From an uncultured virus (IMG/VR IMGVR_UViG_3300044986_000368) (taxonomy: Duplodnaviria; Heunggongvirae; Uroviricota; Caudoviricetes), in IMG/VR virus record IMGVR_UViG_3300044986_000368: a stretch of 20,000 nt of DNA; one strand, given 5' to 3'. The translations under genes were made by a program, and so were the position numbers. The notes beneath the pieces are model-generated. The model did no database searches and had not been told where the DNA came from. It worked only from the letters and a program-made list of their open reading frames with translations. Shown piece after piece: positions 14,921 through 20,000 of the stretch (position 1 is the stretch's first letter; the number at the start of each line of letters is the position of its first letter).

Positions 14921-15226
14921 CAGAGATACGATTCTTTCAATTGGGAATCGACGCCCCATCAACACACCGATATTATCGGCTCCAGCTCGCGCAGCGGACA
15001 GCTTGCCTACGCTTATCTTCTTTCGTGGATTCTGGCAGACTCCTTTCGGACTTCATTAAGCTAGCCCGGTCAGAACTAGCTCCGCTCCTTCACACACAGG
15101 CCCGTCAATACGATCTCCTGCTGCTACACGCCAAGCTATTTAATGCTTGGAAAGATGCAGGGCTGGCCTGCTTTGGCTCAAGAACTTATCTCAGCGTTTC
15201 CGGTGGACAGATGGTTCAGGAGCATG

Positions 15227-15270
15227 AAAAAGCCCGAACTCCGGGGTGAGAAACGGAAATTCGGGCTTTT
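15227..15270 (-). terminator. Terminator/attenuator hairpin, potentially bidirectional
   Basis: AAAAGCCCGAA...TTCGGGCTTTT with A/T tracts on both sides. Confidence 0.7.
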
Positions 15271-15333
15271 CTGCTTCGGATTTCTTGGATTGCTCCAGTC
15301 TCACCCGAAGCACAGCTCTTTCAAGCTGAACCA

Positions 15334-15372
15334 AGCTTATTCCCTTGCGCCCGCCCTTGCAAGTGATATTCT
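15334..15372. promoter_or_regulatory. Overlapping divergent promoters
   Basis: Minus: TTGCAA(15362-15357)-17-TAAGCT(15339-15334). Plus: TTGCGC(15345)-16-TATTCT(15367) with a TGn extension. Confidence 0.55.
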
Positions 15373-15389
15373 CAGCAAACCCAAATTTT

Positions 15390-16046
15390 ATGGCGCAAGA
15401 CGTTTATCTCATTCGGCGAACAGCCAATCCCCGTTCCGTCAAATACTCAGCCGTCACCGAAGTTGTTCTCTCAGGATTGAGAACGGCTTACGCGGCTGTC
15501 ACGGGCGTTTCTGCTACCGGAGTAGTCACCATCACGGGTTCCACGATGGCAGACGGGATGCAGGTGATTTTCACCAGCCTGACGGGCGGTTCCAGCCTTT
15601 CTACCGGGGTAGCCTATTTCGCCGTCAATTCCAGCGGGGCGACCTGCAAGCTGGCCACGACGGAAGGTGGCACGGCAATCGCCCTCGGCAGCAATATCAC
15701 GGCTGGCTCGGCTATCGTGGTCAATCCTCAGTTCCGTGTGTGGTCTAGCGAGTTTAGGGACGTTTTTCAAAGCTCTGTCTCTGGCACAAGTGGAAGTTAT
15801 GGGCCGTTTAGCCTGACAACCCCCGGTCAAATTATTGACGCCGAGGTAGCCGCCACCGCTGGAGGCGCTAAGCTAACCCCCACATTTTCTGCTGATTCTG
15901 ATGATGAGGCTCATTACCCCCTCCGCCAGACCCTTGTAAACCGCACATTCTGGATTTTTGACCGTGGTGCCTCTGCCGCACCTCGCTACCTCTATGCCGA
16001 ATATCAGGCGGGTGATGTTATCGCCGACAACGCCCCGACTCAGTAA
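15390..16046 (+). CDS. Probable virion structural protein (218 aa)
   Basis: DGMQVIF...LSTGVAYFAV...CKLATTEGGTAIAL resembles a beta module common in phage tail/virion proteins; S/T/G/A-rich. Confidence 0.6.
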   Translation: MAQDVYLIRRTANPRSVKYSAVTEVVLSGLRTAYAAVTGVSATGVVTITGSTMADGMQVIFTSLTGGSSLSTGVAYFAVNSSGATCKLATTEGGTAIALGSNITAGSAIVVNPQFRVWSSEFRDVFQSSVSGTSGSYGPFSLTTPGQIIDAEVAATAGGAKLTPTFSADSDDEAHYPLRQTLVNRTFWIFDRGASAAPRYLYAEYQAGDVIADNAPTQ

Positions 16047-16885
16047 TGGCCTCCGACTTCCAGATACTCCCAACGCCGAATCCAGAGGAGTTCAGCTTCT
16101 CTGTGCGGGTTCCTGACCGCAAGATCAACACGGGGCTGCTTCTGAAGCCCGGAAGCACGCTTGTTTCTGCTCAGACGGCGTTCAGAACGGGCGGGACGGC
16201 TACCACCTATGCCGAGTTCCTGTGGGCCGTAAATCAAGAGCGTGTGGCAGACGGATTCGCCAACTACGTCTATCTCAAATGTGAGAAAAACAGCGCGGAT
16301 TACGTCACGTTCTTCTTTGGTAAGGCAAGGACTACGGACGAGCGCAATACACCCTTCTCTGTCTATCGGGATAATCGACAATACACTTGGCCCTCGGTGC
16401 TGGAAGACCTTTACATTGTTAGTTCCACCGTGGCGCAGTATATCAACAACGGCACCAGCGTCACCTCAACGCCGCGCTACATCCCAAAATACAAGTTCCG
16501 CCCTGCCGTCAGCTACAACAGCAGGATCATCGTTCGGCAATACCTGTCCGAAGTCCCTTGGCCCGATGGTGCCTTGGAGCATGAGCAACCCGTTCCGACT
16601 GACATCAACGCGGACTTCATCGGCCTGAATATCAATTTTGAGAGGTGCCTGCATGACACGGCCAGATTCCGAGAACTGGTGCCGGGTGCTCAAATTGTCT
16701 ATGGCGCTGGCATCATCAATCCTCCGCTGGACAGGTCGCTGAACGGCCAGATTTTCCCTGCCACGAATTTCACCGATTGGGCTGATTTCTACATCGAGGA
16801 CAGGCAGCAGCAGGTCAACGGCTTGTGGCTGCGTGAATCCGTTCAAATCTTTCCGCCGCCGACACCAGAAGCCATCATCCGATGA
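16046..16885 (+). CDS. Hypothetical protein, probably virion-associated (279 aa)
   Basis: TAATG-coupled to the upstream gene; beta-rich composition. Confidence 0.6.
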   Translation: MASDFQILPTPNPEEFSFSVRVPDRKINTGLLLKPGSTLVSAQTAFRTGGTATTYAEFLWAVNQERVADGFANYVYLKCEKNSADYVTFFFGKARTTDERNTPFSVYRDNRQYTWPSVLEDLYIVSSTVAQYINNGTSVTSTPRYIPKYKFRPAVSYNSRIIVRQYLSEVPWPDGALEHEQPVPTDINADFIGLNINFERCLHDTARFRELVPGAQIVYGAGIINPPLDRSLNGQIFPATNFTDWADFYIEDRQQQVNGLWLRESVQIFPPPTPEAIIR

Positions 16886-17061
16886 TTACGACTGTCCAAG
16901 GAGACTTCAAGCCTGCCAGCAGCCCGTTTGCCATGCGCCCGTGGACGTGGGGATATGCAGGCGTTGGAGTGGATGTCAGCCGGGATGGAAACACCACGGT
17001 AATCGGCACCCTGCCATCAAAGCGGGTGACTGTTCAGAGCTTCACATACGTTCCCGCTTGA
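16882..17061 (+). CDS. Hypothetical protein (59 aa)
   Basis: MITTVQGDFKPASSPF...FTYVPA; ATGA overlap; fills the gap; just under the ORF-track cutoff. Confidence 0.6.
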   Translation: MITTVQGDFKPASSPFAMRPWTWGYAGVGVDVSRDGNTTVIGTLPSKRVTVQSFTYVPA

Positions 17062-17086
17062 TTTGCTCGCAAGATAACCGTAAGGT
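17058..17086 (+). promoter_or_regulatory. Promoter TTGATT-17-TAAGGT, 8 nt before ATG 17095
   Basis: Repeated motif upstream of the GT genes. Confidence 0.65.
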
Positions 17087-17094
17087 TGTCAGAC

Positions 17095-17811
17095 ATGATC
17101 GCAGTCACCGTCGTCACGCCGTCCTATAAGCATCTTGAGAAAGAAGCCGTTAAACGCTTCAAAAAGCACTCAGGCTTGCCCGTGCAGGTGATTCGCGTCA
17201 AGGATGCTGAAGGATTTACCGCCAAGATGGAGCTAGACCGTTATTGCGGAAAGCAGAGGGTGGTGTTCTTCGATGTGGATTTTTGGCTCCTTCGTCCAGT
17301 GAAGTTTGACGCATGGGATGCGCCGCATTGGTATGCAACCCACGATTCCGCTGTCTTCAATCCTCATGCGTTTCCAAGCACGGACTGCGGACTATACAAG
17401 CTGGACAAGCTGCGCTATTTCAACAGCGGCTTCTTCATCTGCGACCTGCGCAATCCGATGCATCGCAAGGTGTTCCAGCGTGCTCGGCAGATTCACGCCA
17501 AGGTTCAGCGGAAGAAGTTTCCGAAGCCTGTGGATGTGACGGATCAGTTCTACCTGAACTATGCCGTGCAGGAGCTTGGGGTTGGCTTGAATCTGGTGCC
17601 ATTGAAGTTCAATTACTATCACAAGGCTTCAGTCTGGGGGCAGGTGCCTTATATTCCGCGAGACATCATTGGCCTTCATGCGGCTGGATACAAACGCGAG
17701 GACAAGTTGCAGGCGCTACAAGTTCAGGAGCAAGTCTTCAAGCAAGACAATCTGATTGTCTGCGCAGAAGCCTATCAATTTGAAACCGCTCGTATTTTTG
17801 ACATGCGATGA
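17095..17811 (+). CDS. GT8-like glycosyltransferase (238 aa)
   Basis: VVFFDVDFW (DxD), YFNSGFF, DQFYLN, KFN, LHAAG. Confidence 0.8.
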   Translation: MIAVTVVTPSYKHLEKEAVKRFKKHSGLPVQVIRVKDAEGFTAKMELDRYCGKQRVVFFDVDFWLLRPVKFDAWDAPHWYATHDSAVFNPHAFPSTDCGLYKLDKLRYFNSGFFICDLRNPMHRKVFQRARQIHAKVQRKKFPKPVDVTDQFYLNYAVQELGVGLNLVPLKFNYYHKASVWGQVPYIPRDIIGLHAAGYKREDKLQALQVQEQVFKQDNLIVCAEAYQFETARIFDMR

Positions 17812-19082
17812 GCGTTGAAAATCTTCTCCCAACTTCTAAATTGTCTCAAAAGGACAAATATACTTTGGCATGGGAAACGCTAAAGCCATCATATTCAGAT
17901 GACGCCAGAGCGCACGCTAAGTGTTGGTTAACATACAGATGTTTTGATGGCGAGGTAACATACGCTGATTGGATTCAGCATGTTCGGGATATTAAATTAA
18001 ACCCTTCATCACGATGGGTTGGATCGTTGCATTTTGCATTTGGTCTATGCCTTTTTCGGCAAGGAAACTTGGTAGATGCAATAAGCTGTTTTGAACAATG
18101 CAGGTCTTTAATTCAGACACCCGAATGCACTTTGAATGCACTAAGGAGCGCATGTATTTTGTGCAAATATCACCTTCTGTCAGGGGATAAAATTGCGGCA
18201 ACTCATGTGATTTTTGACACACTGCATAAGTGGCAAATGTTAATTGCTGGCTTCAATTTCTTGAAACATCCTCAATGGATCATTGATGGAGGCGGTGATT
18301 CGTTGCCGATTCATTTATTGCTTCGTTCTGCTGGACACGCTGGTTTAACAAAATTTGACATCCAACATTGGATTCTTGAGCAAGAGTCTCACCAGAATCA
18401 CCTTCCTTGGAAGAGATGCTATGATGAGTTGGTCAATCCAATTGATATTGGCAAGGCATGGATTGTGGTATGCCGACACTCAGATGAGTTTAATCTTTCG
18501 CAGGCTGCTAACATCAAAAAGCAGTTTGAAAAATTTGTTACCAGAACTGATTGGAGGTTTATTTGTCTTACTGACAAGCCGTCAGAAAACTGGCATTTGC
18601 CGCTGAAATCAGAAAAAATGGGGTGGTGGTCAATTATGGAGTCCTTTCAATTTAAGGGGCCGCATATATTAACTGGTCTGGATTCAATCATAATGGGCGA
18701 TGTTTCGCCATTGCTTGATCTTGCGGAAGCGTGTCCAAAAGACACCCTGTATGGAATAAGAGACTTTTATCAACCCCACGAATGGGCATCTGGTGTCACT
18801 ATATGGAATGGCAATTGGCGAAAGTTAGATGAAATTTGCACGGAAAAACAAATGAAATCGCATCGCGGCAATCAAGAGTTTACTCGATACGCGGTCAAAA
18901 CTGGATTGATTTTCAATCGAAAGCTGAACTTCATTCAAGATAAAATTGATGGCATCATTTCCTACAAAAGAGATGTGAGAGATGCAGGTTTGAAGAACCC
19001 CCCAGAAGGTACACGAATTTGTTGTTTTCACGGAAAGCCAAGACCTTGGGAAATTAAAGCTGATTGGATACCAACCACATGA
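17808..19082 (+). CDS. Helical/TPR-like domain fused to a GT-A (GT8-like) domain
   Basis: N-terminal HFAFGLCLFRQGNLVDAISCFEQC. C-terminal FICLTD...GWWS...GLDSII...ASGV...CFHGKPRPW. Confidence 0.7.
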   Translation: MSVENLLPTSKLSQKDKYTLAWETLKPSYSDDARAHAKCWLTYRCFDGEVTYADWIQHVRDIKLNPSSRWVGSLHFAFGLCLFRQGNLVDAISCFEQCRSLIQTPECTLNALRSACILCKYHLLSGDKIAATHVIFDTLHKWQMLIAGFNFLKHPQWIIDGGGDSLPIHLLLRSAGHAGLTKFDIQHWILEQESHQNHLPWKRCYDELVNPIDIGKAWIVVCRHSDEFNLSQAANIKKQFEKFVTRTDWRFICLTDKPSENWHLPLKSEKMGWWSIMESFQFKGPHILTGLDSIIMGDVSPLLDLAEACPKDTLYGIRDFYQPHEWASGVTIWNGNWRKLDEICTEKQMKSHRGNQEFTRYAVKTGLIFNRKLNFIQDKIDGIISYKRDVRDAGLKNPPEGTRICCFHGKPRPWEIKADWIPTT

Positions 19083-19300
19083 AATACACCACCCCGCAAA
19101 TCATCGCCATGATGCTCGATTGGAAGTCTTGGCGCGAGGACGAAGGCTATCTCACCAATGGCCGCGTGAAGATGTTCTACGGCATCCGGGCATACGAGTG
19201 CGTTGATTTCTATCCCAAAGTCCTGTGGGATTGTAATGCGCTCAGCTACTTTCTAACCCGTCCGTTTTGGTGGTATTTGAACCGAAAAGTCAGGTCTTGA
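19079..19300 (+). CDS. Hypothetical aromatic-rich protein (73 aa)
   Basis: ATGA-coupled to the upstream gene. Confidence 0.5.
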   Translation: MKYTTPQIIAMMLDWKSWREDEGYLTNGRVKMFYGIRAYECVDFYPKVLWDCNALSYFLTRPFWWYLNRKVRS

Positions 19301-19324
19301 CCTCCTACTTATTTCCCGTAAGCT
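19297..19324 (+). promoter_or_regulatory. Promoter TTGACC-16-TAAGCT
   Basis: Variant of the repeated motif, 10 nt before ATG 19335. Confidence 0.5.
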
Positions 19325-19334
19325 AGGAGCTATT

Positions 19335-19562
19335 ATGCCATACCCCAAGGTCAATCTTCTAGGAAAACGATTCGGACACCTCAAAGTTGTCGAGTTCATG
19401 GAGCGCAATGCGCACTGCAACTCGATCTGGGCCTGCGTTTGCGACTGCGGCGAATTGACCACGGCATACTACCAGCACCTTGTTCAAGGTGATAAGAAGT
19501 CCTGCGGGAAGTGTGGAATCATCAAGCGCGGGGTGAAAAAAGGGACGAAAAGAAAGGCTTAA
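19335..19562 (+). CDS. Stand-alone CxCDCG...SCG zinc module (as in phage AP2/HNH endonuclease N-termini)
   Basis: NLLGKRFGHLKVV...WACVCDCG...LVQGDKKSCGKC. Confidence 0.7.
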   Translation: MPYPKVNLLGKRFGHLKVVEFMERNAHCNSIWACVCDCGELTTAYYQHLVQGDKKSCGKCGIIKRGVKKGTKRKA

Positions 19563-20000
19563 GCCTCGTTCATCCAGCAACGAGGATCATACACCACGTC
19601 CGGGTCAGTCTCCTTCACAATCGGAAAATGCACTTTGAGCCGCAGGTTGCAATGGCAAGCTGCACACACCTTCAACTCCGCATCCTTGCTCGTCCTCTTT
19701 GACCGCATGAAATCCGTCACTTTTGACAGCAAATCCCGTGTATGACACCCTATGCAAAACTCAGTGAGTTGATCCGTGTTCTTCGGGCATGTGGCGCAAA
19801 TAGCAGCCCTGCGTTCGGCCTCCTCTTGGCTTACCTGTCCTTCATGCCAGCGTGCCTCCACGGCCTTGTAGAACTTCTTCATCATCTTCCACGCTGAGAC
19901 TTTCGCCTCCCGGTCAGGACGAATCTCGTCGCACCATTCGGGGATGTATTGGCAGATGAAGTCCGCCATCATGATTTCGATGGTCAATGGCTCCTTGATC
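19559..20000 (-). CDS. Cys-rich hypothetical protein, probably 5'-partial
   Basis: RRAAICATCPKN...CIGC...CAACHC.L..K...CW; the frame stays open to the window edge. Confidence 0.65.
   Translation of the reverse strand, partial: IKEPLTIEIMMADFICQYIPEWCDEIRPDREAKVSAWKMMKKFYKAVEARWHEGQVSQEEAERRAAICATCPKNTDQLTEFCIGCHTRDLLSKVTDFMRSKRTSKDAELKVCAACHCNLRLKVHFPIVKETDPDVVYDPRCWMNEA

Noticed and set aside
15035..15062. Hammerhead-like TAATGAAGTCCGAAAGGA on the minus strand
   Set aside because: Lacks the CUGANGA core and the GAAA after stem II.
1..20000. CRISPR array, DGR/retron, integrase, transposase, stop-codon recoding
   Set aside because: No spaced repeat array, RT, recombinase or transposase motifs; genes tile well under the standard code.

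Overview
This window is a segment of a tailed dsDNA bacteriophage or prophage; no host housekeeping genes are seen. Left block (minus strand): a partial GT-A glycosyltransferase, an 806-aa triple-domain glycosyltransferase, an XRE HTH gene, tRNA-Trp(CCA), a circularly permuted tRNA-like RNA resembling Y RNA (YrlA), a small basic protein and a Dps/ferritin-like gene. Central block (plus strand): HNH endonuclease, a structured leader, probable major capsid protein, a small protein and a fibre sharing one N-terminal module, a stand-alone PAS protein, a papain-like protease, a DUF1353-like protein with an internal lipobox, a metallophosphoesterase, two small TM peptides and a CHAP endolysin. Second minus block: N6-adenine MTase, RNAP alpha-CTD-like protein and a HAD protein, downstream of a ~480-nt structured non-coding region. 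Right block (plus strand): probable virion proteins and two more glycosyltransferases. A repeated TTGNNN-17-TAAGGT promoter sits only 5-9 nt from ATGs, implying leaderless mRNAs. All family calls come from motif recognition by eye; no searches were run.
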